Source: the human T2T-CHM13v2.0 reference genome, Homo sapiens. From it: a DNA stretch of 64,000 bases. A program made the position numbers and the translations under genes. Each line of letters begins with the position of its first letter. The first letter of the stretch is position 1. The stretch is from NCBI RefSeq assembly GCF_009914755.1, contig NC_060927.1; one strand, 5' to 3'. Of the stretch, positions 38,767 through 53,462 are shown in pieces. The notes under the pieces were generated by a model, which worked only from the letters and a program-made list of their open reading frames with translations, did not search any database and was not told the origin of the DNA.

Positions 38767-39511
38767 AGGAATTGCTCAACTGTGTTCTTCTTGTCTGCTG
38801 CATAGATAAAACAAACTTACTGAGACTGCAGTGTTGCAATAGGGAAAGAATTTAATAACCTCAGGGCCAGCCAAGTGGAAGGATGGGAGATATTTCTCAA
38901 ATTTGCCTTCTTAAAAGCTCAGAGGGTAGGGTTTTTAAGGATAATTTGGTAGACAGGGGGCTAGAGAATGGGTGCTTCAAATTATATCATAGGAGTACCC
39001 AAACTCTCTTTGCATGCTGAATCAGTTTCTGGGTTGGGGGGTCATAGGACTAGCCATGCCGGCTGTTTGGTAAGAGTCATGGGTCCTGGTGAAGTCAATC
39101 AGTCACCAGCATGCAAAAATCTGAAAAATATCTCAAAGACCAATGCTAAGTTTTGACACTAATGATATTATCTATAGTAGCAATCGGGGAAGTTATAAAA
39201 ATCTTGTGATCTATGGAGCAGTAAACAATTATAGAAAGGTAAGCTAGGGGGCAATGACTGGTTATTGTTTAACTATCCCTATATCTTAGCAGAATTCAGC
39301 TTTCTCACATAATCTTAACCTTGTCGCCCTTTATTTGTTTTAAAAAATAAAAGGTTTTGGTCCCCAAGCAAGAATTGAGTTAGTTTCAAGAAGGAACTCT
39401 TATATTTGTTTTAAAGTTAACAAAGGCATTTAGCTTATGAGGTGAGAAGCAAGATGAAGTCAGTTAGGTTAGACTTCTCTCACTGTTACAATTTTTGCAA
39501 AGGTGGTTTCA
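38767..39511 (-). mobile_element. LTR8-family (LTR8A/B-like) solo LTR inserted into the MLT1A internal region
   Basis: Minus strand begins tgaaaccacctttgcaaaaattgtaacagtgagagaagtctaacctaactgacttcatcttgcttct; TSD gtcc/gtct. Confidence 0.85.
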
Positions 39512-40600
<1,089 letters not shown>

Positions 40601-40869
40601 TTTAGTGTAAGTTACTGAGTCATTACTAGTAGTTTACAGAAATTATGAAAACTGTTTTTCCCCCTGAAATGTTCTCTAATGCGCCTTTTATACCTCTTGC
40701 CCTTTGCACAATTTTGTAAGTAATAAAACCTCTGCATAAATTCATTCCTGCTTAAAAATGTCCATAACGTTACTATGGCTTGCTGGTAATTGCCTGATAA
40801 AATAGTGTAGAGGATCTTTATATGCTTGTTCATAAATATATTTGTTACTGCTTTTATTACTAATATTAT

Positions 40870-41090
40870 TATTTCTCATTGTTTTGTGCCAGGCATGATG
40901 TTATACGATTTCACATATTCTACAATCCCCATCACAGACCTGAACAAATGGACATGTGTAGCTACTATTTTTAGGGTTGAGAACACTAGGTATCAACAAG
41001 TTTAAATAAATTTCCAAAACTAACTGTTAAGTTATAATCCAGGATTTGAACCCACATTTTTGTGGCTTGAAATCATTTACTCTTTAATAT
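40870..41090 (-). mobile_element. MIR
   Basis: tgtgccaggcatg..; ccaggatttgaaccca. Confidence 0.65.
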
Positions 41091-41667
41091 AAAATAACGC
41101 TTCTTACAAATGGCTTCATTCAGAAATTTTTTTTTCACTTTTGCTTCTATTAAATTTAGGTCATTCTTATTTAGGGTATTTTTTCCAAGTAATACTGTTT
41201 ACATAAACTTGTATTATTATTACTATTATTCCAAGTTATTTTAGAAAACTTTTATGTAGCCTAATCAAATCACTCATTTTCTTAGTATATTAGCTGTGAT
41301 GCAACTTCTACTAACATTATCAGACAATTAACACCTCTTTAATGTAACATATTGCAAATTGAGCTGTGGTGACAAGAAGTCATGGTAGCAAACTAATTAA
41401 CAGAATGAAATTGATTCTTGCTTAATAAATATTTAAGAGGAAATAAAATTTAGCAGTGAAAAAACTGAAATGGCTGTATGTTCAGCCAATTTAAATACTG
41501 AATGTGTATTAGTAGGTGAGAAGGGGGACTTATTTGTATAACTAACGTAAGTTAAAAGTTTCTTCTTTTGACAGTCACAAGAAGCAATTCTTTAAAGATT
41601 TCTTCTTTAAAGGAAATGGGTAGACTTATTCTTTCTTTAAAGATATGTGAAAATCTTTAAACCTTTC

Positions 41668-41980
41668 TTAGTCAGAAGTCTTTCAGCAGCAAGTGATAGA
41701 AACCCATATTAAAAACGTTTTAGCAAAAGAAAACAATACACAAAGAGGACTTTCTTGGTGTCTCTATCTGGGAAGTGTAAGGGTCATGTTATCTTCAACC
41801 ACAGTTGGACACAAGGACTAACACAACGTTTTTAGGGCTTTGTTTCTCCAGGTGGTAATGTACATGTTTGCTGAGTCCTCACAGTTACTTCTCTATTCCA
41901 TTCATCTCCATCCTGCAACTTACCTTAGCAGCCCCAGTGACATGTCCACATGTCAATCCTCTGAAGGATACTGAATAATT
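41668..41980 (-). mobile_element. MLT1J/K-like LTR fragment
   Basis: ttagtcagaagtctttcagcagcaagtgatagaaaccc..ttagcaaaaga. Confidence 0.6.
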
Positions 41981-42004
41981 GCATATGTTTTTAAACAAAT
42001 CTAT

Positions 42005-42225
42005 GTATGTAACAAATATTTACATACCGCATTCTATATTTCAGACATCCTTCTAAGTATTACAGACATTAACTTATCAATCCTCTTAACAATGTAAAGA
42101 TAGTTATACTATTGTTTTCTCCCTTTTATCCATAAGGTAGTTGAGACAGAGGTTAAAGTCACACATTTCATGAGTGGCATAGCCAGGATTAGAACAGTGC
42201 AGTCTGATAAAATTCTGTACTGATT
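42005..42225 (-). mobile_element. MIR
   Basis: attaacttatcaatcctcttaacaa; gagacagaggttaaagtcacaca..gagtggcatagccaggattagaac..gcagtctga. Confidence 0.75.
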
Positions 42226-43579
42226 CTCCATGTAGGACAAAAAAAAAAAAAAAAGTTGCCAATGCCAAAATGTTGTTCTGATTAGGTCACTATTAGGCTA
42301 AATTTACATCTGAGATTGAGGTAATTGTCACTACTAGGATTAGAGAAAAATGAGGAGGAAACACTTCCCATAGAAATATATATGCTGAGCAGAAAAAAAA
42401 AAATGTCAATAGATGTTCACAAAAATAAAAGAGTGATATCTTAAGTTTATACATACATACATATGCATATTTATAAACATACATCATGTATATCTATGTG
42501 TATTATATATATATTTCTATTTGAGGATTATATGTCATATATAATATGGGCTAAATAGCAAATGTTAACAGTAAAATATAGCAAAAATATATATAGTGAT
42601 ATAGTCCTGAAATTATAATGGGAGATTATCAAGCTAAGTGAGTTTATGTTTATTTACTGATAATTAAATATGATTATGTTGTCAAATAAATGGAAAATTT
42701 AACCCCCAGAAAAAAAAATTATTCTGTTTCTTTGTGTTCTTTCCTCCGTTTAATCACAAATCTTCAATTTTTTGAGCCAGAACTAGAAGAGAACATTTAC
42801 TGATGAGACTTCAGACAAGGTATTAGATTCTAATGAAGTCTTCTCTGAACCATTCTAAATAAGGTGACTCGTTATTATAGTTTAATTATACTTCTTGAAT
42901 TGTAAAAAATAGGCTGCCATAGTACAATCCATGTGCATTTTCAAAACTCCTGTCACTTAGTGTCTCTATCTGAACTCTTTGCAGAATGTTTTTCTCCTTT
43001 TCCATTTTTAATCAGTTCCTTTTATCCGTTTGCGGTGATGAATGTGAATGAGTTAATCTCCTTCCACTTCTTCATTGGGTGAAAGTAATGATTATCTGTG
43101 TGCTTTGAGGTCTCCACCCTGACTCTGTAGACACACCTGTGCGCAGCCAATGACAGCATGTCCCCAAGGAATGTGCTTTGTTCTTTCAACTAACCTGCTT
43201 CTTCCATGCCCCAACCTGGGTCTCAATGTTGGGTGGGGTAAATGAAGGCTTTGTTACATTCCTTTCTAAACTGCTGCTGAATAGCATATGCTAGTGATGA
43301 TAATGATCACTTTCCTACCCTCAGCGTTCTGAATATTTAGTCATTTTTTGTTACATGGCTTTATTTTGAATACTTAATTTTTTTATTTCATGTGTCCAAA
43401 AAAATAAAAAAATCATGAATTATTTCCTTCTAGGATTGTTAAGGAAGCTCCCTTTATGTGAGTGCTTAGTGGAAGATGAATTAAAATACAGATAAAGGAG
43501 GGATCTTATACTGCAAGTAGAATAATTCAAATTATTCTATAAAATTGTAGAAATTAGTAGTGCTTACAATCAACTGGAC

Positions 43580-43760
43580 CTGAGTTAATTTCTTTGATAT
43601 ACTAATTGCTGATGAGACCCTGAATCCCTTCATCTGCAATGTGGAGATAATAATACCTATGCTTTCACATCTAAGGATTAAGTGAGGCTTTATGTACTTA
43701 TCACATAGCGAATAATAGTGACACACATTTATTAGTAAATGGCATTTATTTTTATTTTAT
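43580..43760 (+). mobile_element. MIR
   Basis: ccttcatctgcaatgtggagataataatacct..aaggattaagtgag. Confidence 0.7.
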
Positions 43761-46700
43761 TTGCAACCTTGTTTACAACCTTATTGATAGGAACTCCATT
43801 TTGTGACTTAGGCTTCACTCTCATCATGCACCCCAATAACTTCTCACAGGCTTTCATTCTCTCATTTTGACAAACTCATTTGACACACGGAACTATTTAG
43901 AGTCCTCAAAAGCATCAGCCTTTTTCTCCTACCTTACATCTATTTATGCCCTGGGGTATCTATGCTTAGATTATATTGCTTTAAAGGGAGTAAACTGAGA
44001 AGGAATCTTTTCAGATATTTTAGTTCTGAATTTGGCATAATTCACCAAAATTTGGAACTCTTTAATTTGGTATGTCAAGAAAAAAATAGAGTTATCATGA
44101 ATCAGTAAATGGCAATATTTTATCCAGCATCAAAAATTTATGGATTTTATTATTCATATGATATTATATAAGCTAAACATGTAAAATGAATTCAAGAAGG
44201 AATTAAATTTATGAATGAGAACCAGTAATAGTTTATAAGAGAAAACAAATCTTGCCATGTCCCACAAAGTCTCCCTGACATCATTGTTTAAAGTGAAGAC
44301 ACTTTTGGGTAAGATGCACTGAGACTTTCTCATACTCTTCATTTTCACTGTAGAATTATTTGTTTAAATACTTTATAAATAGGTACATCAAAGTAGATAA
44401 ATTAAAGCTGCTCCAGTATTTGCTTTTTCTCTTCTTTTCTGAGCTTTCAGGGACATCCCCTAGATAAACATTTTATATCACCCTTCTTTCAGTTTTTAAG
44501 CATGTTTTAAACCAAAAAGGTTTTGTTTAAAGATGTTTCAGCAGATTGATTTGAAATAGAGAACTGGCCTAAGGAGAGTCAATTCTTGGCCTATCCTGAG
44601 GAAATCTGTCTTCTCAGAAATTTTGTCTCAAAGTCACACTGTACCCTCAGCAATGTGAGCTAAAAGACACAGAGACTAAGAGCAGCAAGAGCTTGATCTA
44701 GAAGGCCACACAGGACTGGATTGCAATGTGGAATATGTGCAAAATGGATAAACTAAGTGAGCTAGTCAAGGAGGGGGAAGAATGGAGCAGACGCACCCAT
44801 GCATAGGTGGAAGTGACAGACACCTTGTAGGCCTCTCTCTAATGGAGGATTGGATTGCTCTCAGTTTTTAATGAAGTTCTTGGTCTTTAAGTAAATTTTG
44901 CAGCAGGTCTGGTATGTCTTGGACTATCTCAGATATCTGCATTTATACACAAAATGTAACTTTTATTTCACCCATGATGAGTGGAGTTTTGTTTCTTCTA
45001 ATCAAAGGGTTCTACACTAAAAAAGACATTTGAGCTATAAATATGGTTGCAAGCAGTGCGACCTAGAAAACATTGAGAGATTGGTTAAGGTATCATCATG
45101 GCTGAGAAGAAGACACTCAGAATCTTTCAACCAGGAAGAAAGCTATCAGTTCATAGATTTTTCATAGACAAGAGCTTAACACAAACTTTCAGAAACCAGA
45201 ACATACAACTACTTAGGGGGAAGAGTTGGGGAAATTTAGTAGAAAAATGTCAGGTTAGTGATATTTATTGTTATTTCTCGGTTACTCCTTATGCCTATAA
45301 GAACACTAAGAACACAGAAACACTCCTGTTTGGGAGTATCTGGCTGGAAACAGATGATTAAAAAAAGAAAATAATTATATAAAATTGCTTTACAAAGACA
45401 TTTCTACTGGTTGCAGGCACTCTGAGACCATTGAGTTTCATGTACAAAAATGCAGCTTGCCAATTGAGCCTGACATAGCAAAGGTATCATTTTAGGTTAA
45501 AGTCAATGCTTTCATTGAAACAAATAAAAACCAAAAAACAACAACAAAAACACAGTAAAAGTAAAAACACCCTGGATATTGCAGTAATGTACCTGGAATA
45601 AGAAGGATTCCCTGTGTTGCTGGCAAACTCTTCTTGGGGAATCCTAGAAGGACCAGGGTGATCCTTTTATGGGTGGTCAGGCTGCAAACTCACACATCAT
45701 CTGGGGGCAGTTGAGGTTGTTAGAAAGTTATGGCTAGGCTGGTGCTCTGATATGGGCAGTAACCAGAAATATTTACATATCAGAAGTTGGCTTTTAACAC
45801 ACTCAGTCTCCAAGAATAAAAATAATAAACATATCCTAGAAGAGTTTTATCACCAGAAAATTTTCTTTAACAGGGACAGGTGACTGACTCAAAGTAGCAT
45901 GGGAATGAGTCCCAAATGCTCATGTAATGATGGGCACTGAGCTGAAAGGCCTGGGATGCAAATACAGAATTCTACAGCTGTACAACCTGGAGGGAAGCAT
46001 ATTCTCCATTGTCCTTCTCAATGCTGATTCTTCTCAGGTAATTGAAGAATTTCACTCTCCTGCTTCAATTGAGCAACAAGAGATTCATCTGGAAATTAAG
46101 ATAAGCCCTTCAGATTATCACAGAAATAAATGTACCCAAATATTGTAGCCAGTTGACAGTATTTTCCCAAAAGGACTTGTAGATTTGGGTAATGCTCAAA
46201 CTAAACAGTGAGAGAAGCTCCCAAACAGAGGAGAATGGATCAGATTTGCTGATAAAATCAGAGGTGCAGAAACACTGTAGTCCCCTAGAGAAAGACAGAA
46301 TACATAATTCGTCATCCATGGCATCATTCCATTTCCACTTCCCAGGAAGCTGCCTCTACTTTGGATCCATGGTATCTCTAGCCATACCATAGAACTGCTT
46401 TTCAGCTAACTCATTTGAAAGGGCTTATATTGCTTTCATTTAAGAGACCTGGCTAGCAGAATTGGAGAATTCATCATTACTTTTTTATCTTACTTCAGAG
46501 TGCCAGTCACTCCACCATAATTATCACTGTTTCTCCACTTTAAAGTCTATCCATTTTCTTGAGAACTTTTTGGAACTGAACCAAATACAGTAGTTAGTAC
46601 ACTACAGACTTACAGATTGCTGAAGGACTTTCATTGCCCTGTTCCAGGGCCTTTGTGTATAAAATCCTAAATTACTTCTGTGCCTTTGGATCACTATATC

Positions 46701-47789
46701 CTATTTCAAGTGCATTTTGACATTTCAGATATTTCCTGAGTTCTCTCTGACATTTCAAAAACAACTGGCCATTGATTTTTTTCATTAGTTATGTCCCCCA
46801 AGTCCATGTGACACTTAGCGCCAGATCCAAAGCGCCCTATATTAAAATATAACAGCTGACAAGCTGCAAGGGCAGGTCTGGACCAACCAACCTTCTTTCA
46901 TTCTCTGCCATGATGTAATAAACATTATCCTGCCACAAAGCTGAGAAGCCTCTTGTCTTATGACACCTACTGAGAATGCACAGTTTGAAACTGCCACCAT
47001 GGTGAATAGGAGAAATGTACTCTGGTGACTAGGGTCTATTTACTGATGGTAGTTTAACAGAGGGCAATGGCAGGTATTCATGCTGTATAATGAGTATTTA
47101 TTATGTGCCGATTGTAACTGAAGGCACTTGTTATCATTTGTGTGAAAATCATCTTTAGAAAAGCAATCAAAGCAATAAAATAGCAGCTTATGCATAACAA
47201 AGCAGCAAACTGAGATCTGATAAGTCTACTATTAAGATAATTTATTTATATATTAAAATTCTATTTCTCATGTATGACTTTAGTGAAGTAATATTACTTT
47301 GTGTCATATGTAGAGTTCAGGGCATCTATGATTTTAAATACATTTTAAAATTATAAATCATTTTTTATAAGGTCCTTTTTAAGGAGATTTTAAAACTTAT
47401 TCTTATTGATGAATGCAACAGTGACTGGAAGGAACAGAGCAAGAAATATTTCTTTTCAAACTCATCCTTGCAGTGTTTCAAGGAAAGGTCTTCAATTGGT
47501 CTATTTCCTGATCAAGATGTTTGTTTTCACAAAATAATAAAAGTTTTCTATTTGCAAACCAGCTCAGCTTATAGTGAGCCAATTATCTATGTTAACCCAT
47601 TCCATTTACACCCTAGAAGATGCAGATAGAGGGAAAGGAAAGCAAATAGAGGGGTTTTATAATGATTAAATGAGTTGGGAAAGAATCAGGGACAAAAAGA
47701 AAAAATCCAACAGTCTTATATCCTACATGAACTTGGCAGGTCCTGGTCATGTGGACATGAGCCCACATATTTTCTATTCTACGAAAATT

Positions 47790-47940
47790 TCTATCTCAAA
47801 CAAATTACTTAAGCTGATGTATTTTTTTCAGGCTTAATTTTATCATTTGTAAAATACAAAAATACTACTTGCCTCACAGAGTTGTTAGGATTAGATGGGC
47901 TGTCATATGAGAAAGGCCCTGTAAGATACTTGAGACTTAG
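47790..47940 (+). mobile_element. MIR
   Basis: ttttatcatttgtaaaat..tacttgcctcacagagttgttaggattagatg. Confidence 0.7.
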
Positions 47941-47947
47941 TTGAGAC

Positions 47948-48030
47948 TATATATATATACACACACACACTCACATTATATATATATATAGTATAGTTAT
48001 AATATAACTGTAGTATTATATATTATAATT
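47948..48030. repeat. (TA)n/(CA)n compound low-complexity tract
   Basis: tatatatatatacacacacacac..tatatatatatata. Confidence 0.85.
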
Positions 48031-48949
48031 TTAAATGCTTCATTGAACATTTCATTATTTTCAAGAGTCCAAATCATTTCTAAAATAATATATTTCAATT
48101 CTGAGCAAGAATAAATCATTCTGCAGAAATGAAGTAGGTATCCATACACAAATTAAAGTATATTTTTAACTTTCTGAAATGTTTCATAATCCTTATCCAA
48201 GGAGTTTGTGTTTCATGTGGTTGGTTAAACTTGTAATTTTCTTTCTGAATTATTATTTCTATATTTTGTTCTTTAAAAATTCTGCATAAATCCAATAGAA
48301 AATTATTTTAATTTTTAATATTGTGCAGCCAAATATTTACTATAAGGACTTACAATGTATGTGACTTACTTACTATTAAAAATCAATAAATGTTTAAAAT
48401 TTGGTGAAATTCAGACAGCATATCACAAGTAAATGCTGCACTGGAGACGTAATAATTTATTATTTCTCAATATTTATTGGCATTGTTGGAATAATTGGAC
48501 TGTTGTATTTTATTTGTTAACTAACACCTTGGCTGATGCTTATGATATCAGCACTAAGGGTTACAAAACCATATGCTACAGCTTCATACTGCTGAATTTC
48601 TGGGCAATTGAAACCAACAGGGATGGCTTGAGCGACATTTTAAAATTGTTTCTTTCCTCTGAGTGGTTTTCATTTAATCACAATAATACTCTGGGTTCTG
48701 TCTTAGGACCTGAAGTCTTTTGAAGGAACACAGCTAACAAGACATATGTCCTTTTATACTATTTTCATTTGTTAATATCATGGGATTGTCTTTGCAGTGA
48801 CCACAATGAGTTTATTCAAGGAAATTAAGCGCAGCTAGATGAAAAATGAGCAAAAAACAGGTTGGTAATAAAAGTAAAATATTGCCCAACAGGGGCTTTT
48901 GGCAAAACAGACTTATCACTTTTGTCAAACGTTGTTAAAGTAGCTATTT

Positions 48950-50060
48950 GGAACATTGTCTATGGAGAGTGTGTTCATGTTTAAGGTCAATAATGAAGTA
49001 GGCTGCCTGTGGGAATACCTCCCACGATCTCCTTCTAGCTATATACCCCCATGTCTACTCTTGGCTTCTCACCAGCAAAAGAAACTTACCACTAATTTAG
49101 CCTGTGTTACTTTATCCATATAGGTGCCAATCTGTTCTATTACTTGGAGTTTAGTTTCTGTCTTAAAAACAGAATGGATAAAGGGTTATAAGGGTTTCCA
49201 TGAATTTGTTTATTCCAACTGTTGCTTTCAGCAACTTGGGAAATTACCCTAGGATGGGTTGAAAAATTCACTGGGTCCACTGAGAGAACAACTCAGGCCA
49301 TAATTCTATCAGCCAATTTCCAAAAGCCTAAACTTTGGCCAGTTGATTCCAGTAGTGTTTTTGGTACCCAGAAATTAAATCAACTCAGTGTCACTGTTTA
49401 TAGATCTCTGAATGGTGTATTCTCTCTTTTACCAGTGTGTATGTAGCCATGTTGATAAATGGCCTGAGTCCCTTTAGGGAAAACTTTAAGGAAGATTTAC
49501 AGACCTTTCTTGGCAAAGCATTTCAGTGTCCTTCTTTAAGTGGACCTTCTGGTTTTTCATTTAAAGAGTTTGGCTCTATGACATAGCTCTGGAATAGAAA
49601 CTTGGTTGGAGGGATGAGACTCTCCGTTATGGTGACTGAAATTAGACGTCTGCTCATGAATCCTAGTGTTTCTCTGTGATTATTCATTAACAAATTATTT
49701 AAAAGGCGTATCCTCTATTTTATTTCTAGTGATTAATTAGCTACTGCCAAAAATGTCAGTGGGCCAAAATATTCTGACGACTGCTCTGGACCTGTTCTCC
49801 ATTATAGCAGCTGTGCTCACCCTACTTCAGGTGATGAGGTAGTGAGGTCCTATCTTGTGTCCTCTGCCGTCCCAGAAACTTATATTTCAATGGTAGCATC
49901 TCCCCCCTTTATCTCTGACCTGCAGAGAACAATCATGAGATTTTCTAAGAATGTCAGAACCTGTCTCATTCCTGCATCTCTCAAATTTGGGAGATAATGG
50001 GAGACTGGTGGGTGGGTTGCACATGAAACAATAATGCACTTCAATATTTGTATCTCCGTA
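48950..50060 (-). mobile_element. Degenerate ERVL-class internal region (gag 3' end and protease)
   Basis: Minus strand gggactcaggccattt..cactggtaaagagagaataca..ataaacagtgacactgagttgatttaatttctgggtacc corresponds to the ERVL protease LDTGSELTLIPG region; gag-like tataatggagaacag..cagagcagtcgtcagaata. Confidence 0.65.
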
Positions 50061-50260
50061 TGCCTTTGGATCTTTCTTCTAGTAATATATTATCATCAGG
50101 AAATCTTGGCATCTTAAGCTCATTTTGATGTAATTCACTGTTATGTCCTGCTCCCAGTCAACCAACCAATAATTGTTAAAGCCACTCTGAGCAGCTGAAG
50201 CAAACACATTGAATTGAGGGACTTTGGGAAGTTAATCGTAGTAATAAATTCAGACATTTA

Positions 50261-50763
<503 letters not shown>

Positions 50764-50769
50764 ATATAT

Positions 50770-51100
50770 ATAGGAAACCGATTACTTAAACTGACTGCAG
50801 GAGCAGGAAGGTTGTGTTATCCAGAGCTCACAAAACCCTGCTACTGAGGCTCCTAGAGCTATGTTGTCTCTGCTGCTGTTAAAACCACTGCCTCTGACAC
50901 AGGGCAGGAAGCCGGAAGCCCACAGTCATGACATCTCCTTTTCTCCTACCACCTATTCTCCAGCTAGTGCTACTTATCAGCAGAACCACATCGAAACCTT
51001 TTAGGCAAGTGCACAGGATGACTTCAGTTGGGAGGCTTCCTCTATCTGGCTGAATAGAGGAGAGAACAAATGGGTGAGTGTGGAGGTTAACACCCACTCT
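50770..51100 (-). mobile_element. Old ERVL-type LTR fragment (LTR16/LTR33-like), possibly the 5' LTR of the 48950-50060 internal region
   Basis: tctccttttctcctaccacc..ctccagctagtgct..cagcagaacc..ggcaag resembles an antisense ERVL LTR; orientation matches the internal region. Confidence 0.45.
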
Positions 51101-52229
51101 TCAGCGCACTTATACTCATTCCCCTTTTTAGAATGTACCACAAAGCTCTCCAGGCAAACTGCCAGATGTAATAAACAGCAATTGAAGGAATTTCTAAATT
51201 TTAAGAAATTTAAAAGATTCGGTGACCTTCTTTTCTTCTTTTGCTTTACAGTCTCAGGTGATTCTGGACATGTTACTTCCTTCTTACTGCAGCCCTTCTT
51301 TACCTAAGAGTAGAGTCTTTTGACTCTTTTTTTCATTCTCCTAATGATTACATTCTTTTTGCTTTACTTAGAAATGGAGAAAAAAGTTATTTCATCGTAA
51401 TGTTGATACAAAGTGAACTATTTATTATTAACCTATTTTTCAAAAATATTGATATAATGAAGGAATTAACATTTATTAGAAGAAATAAAATAGATGAACA
51501 ATTTCTTCAAGTTTTATCTTGATCTCAGTGTCTTGAAGCTCATCAAGCTTCATATCAATGTCGTTCTTATGCTCTCAAAAGGAATACATTCTGCTTACCA
51601 TTATTGCCTTAAATAATATGTACAAGTACATGAAGTACTAGCACCACATTCCACAATGTAATAAATTTAATTTATCAAATAAAAAATGAAGAAAAAGTCA
51701 TACTACAGGTGCTTCCTCATTTTGAGGACCAAAGTTAAATAAAGAGGCCATTGTATATTAAAATATAAACAATATTTTCACTAGTTTACATCAACGAAAA
51801 ACTGTTGTAACATGCATTTCTCTCCCACTGCACATATTCAAGTAATGAGAAATTTCTGAGTTGGCTAACCTATGATTTTTAAATTGTCACCACTGTAACT
51901 TGATGATTTAGGTTTTCCAGTTTTATGAAAAATGTGTATTGAATAGGCTTTACTTCTATTTCTTTTATTTTATCTCCTTTCAGATCCATCTGGTCACCTT
52001 CCCGGTGATGAGCTCTGTCTTTGGTCTGTTGCTAGTCCTTCCGGAGGCAGCGGTCACTACCATCTAGAATATCTTGGTCATGATGAGTTTGCAGGCTTAC
52101 TCAAGTTCTATTTTTTCACATCAATTTCTACCATCCTGAAATATCCATAATCTTAGGTTTGTCCTCATGATTTATTTTATTTGGAAATTCAGCATTTCAC
52201 ACAGTGAACTTATTTGCAATGAAATAACA

Positions 52230-52385
52230 CTCAAGTGGTTTACAATTACTTGGTTAACATTAGTCTGTTTCTCATAATTATAAACTACCTAAGTGCAGGA
52301 CTGATATCTGTTCTGGCTTACCATAAAATCTCTTGGAACCTAAAAAATGCAGTGTGCCATGCCTGACATTCAATAAATAATTTTT
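52230..52385 (+). mobile_element. L2 3' end
   Basis: tataaactacctaagtgcaggactgatatctgttc..gacattcaataaata. Confidence 0.55.
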
Positions 52386-52559
52386 ACATAAAAATATGGG
52401 AAGGAAACCATATTTGGGATGTTAGAATTAGGTTCAGAGAAATGTGTATAGTTTTCATAGGAAGTAAACAAAAAGATAGACTTTGGAATGGAATAGGAGA
52501 GTACACTATGTTTTCATGTAACATCAGATGCCAGTTGAGCTGTCAACGGCAGGAGGTGA

Positions 52560-52860
52560 GGTGCGATTTCTGATTTTAAGCAGGGCCAGGGCAACAAAAA
52601 GAAATGGAAAAAGTCAGGATACTTGGGGGATAATTCAAGAATAGGACTTGATGATAAGCTGTGGGAGGCTATATGTACTTAGGGAAAGAATGGTGCTTTT
52701 GGTTAAAGTAGGGAATGCAGAAGGAAGAGCTGATTTGGAGAAACAATCATTTGTTCAGTTTTTAATGTTCAGTTTGTGATGTTGCTGGGATACCCCGCTG
52801 GTTGACAATTTAGGCCTATTGAAGAGGTGGTGGGTTGGGATGTCATTGAATCAGAATCAA
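52560..52860 (-). mobile_element. L2 fragment
   Basis: ttttaagcaggg; ataggacttgatgata; gggaatgcagaaggaagagctgatttg..gttcagttttt. Confidence 0.55.
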
Positions 52861-53031
52861 TTTTGCTGCTGACTGCTTGAATTACAGGAAACCAACTTGG
52901 GCCTGTAGTTCTTATGTGTTAAATAAGGATCCTGTTTAGGGGCTAGACGATTACTACGTTTTCTGTTTTCAAGTTTGCTTTTCCACTCCTCTAGAATTTG
53001 TAAAAATTCTGGAAGAGCATAAAATATACTT

Positions 53032-53310
53032 AAAATTTTTTTTATTTTTCTGATAGCGATAAAAATATAAGAACATAGCATTTATTATATTAACCATTTT
53101 TAAGAGTACAATTCAGTGGAATTATGAACCTTCATAATGTTGTATAGGCATCATCACTATCCATTTCTGGAATGTTTTTTCATGATTCCAAACAGAAACT
53201 CTCTACACATTAAACAATAACTCTCTCTTTCCCCCTTTTTCTAGTTCTTGTAACCTACATCATACTTTCTGCCTGGCTGAATGAGGTACATAGAATAAGC
53301 AAGTTCATAG
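53032..53310 (-). mobile_element. L1MB 3' end with a 30-bp 5' inversion and 11-bp TSD
   Basis: ttaaccatttttaagagtacaattcagtgg..ccaaacagaaactctctacacattaaacaataactc; sense segment atgaggtacatagaataagcaagttcatag; TSD aaaatatactt / aaaatgtactt. Confidence 0.85.
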
Positions 53311-53410
53311 AAAATGTACTTTTTAAATTTGCATTTAGAAACTTATGAATGTCTGCATGATATTGTTCTCATGTACAATATACAATTACATACAAATATA
53401 GTCTCAGGAA

Positions 53411-53462
53411 TATTAGAATATATTATCGTTGAAGGGGTTATTAGAATATATTATCATAGAAG
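53411..53462. repeat. 28-bp-period imperfect tandem duplication
   Basis: TATTAGAATATATTATC at 53411 and 53439. Confidence 0.75.
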
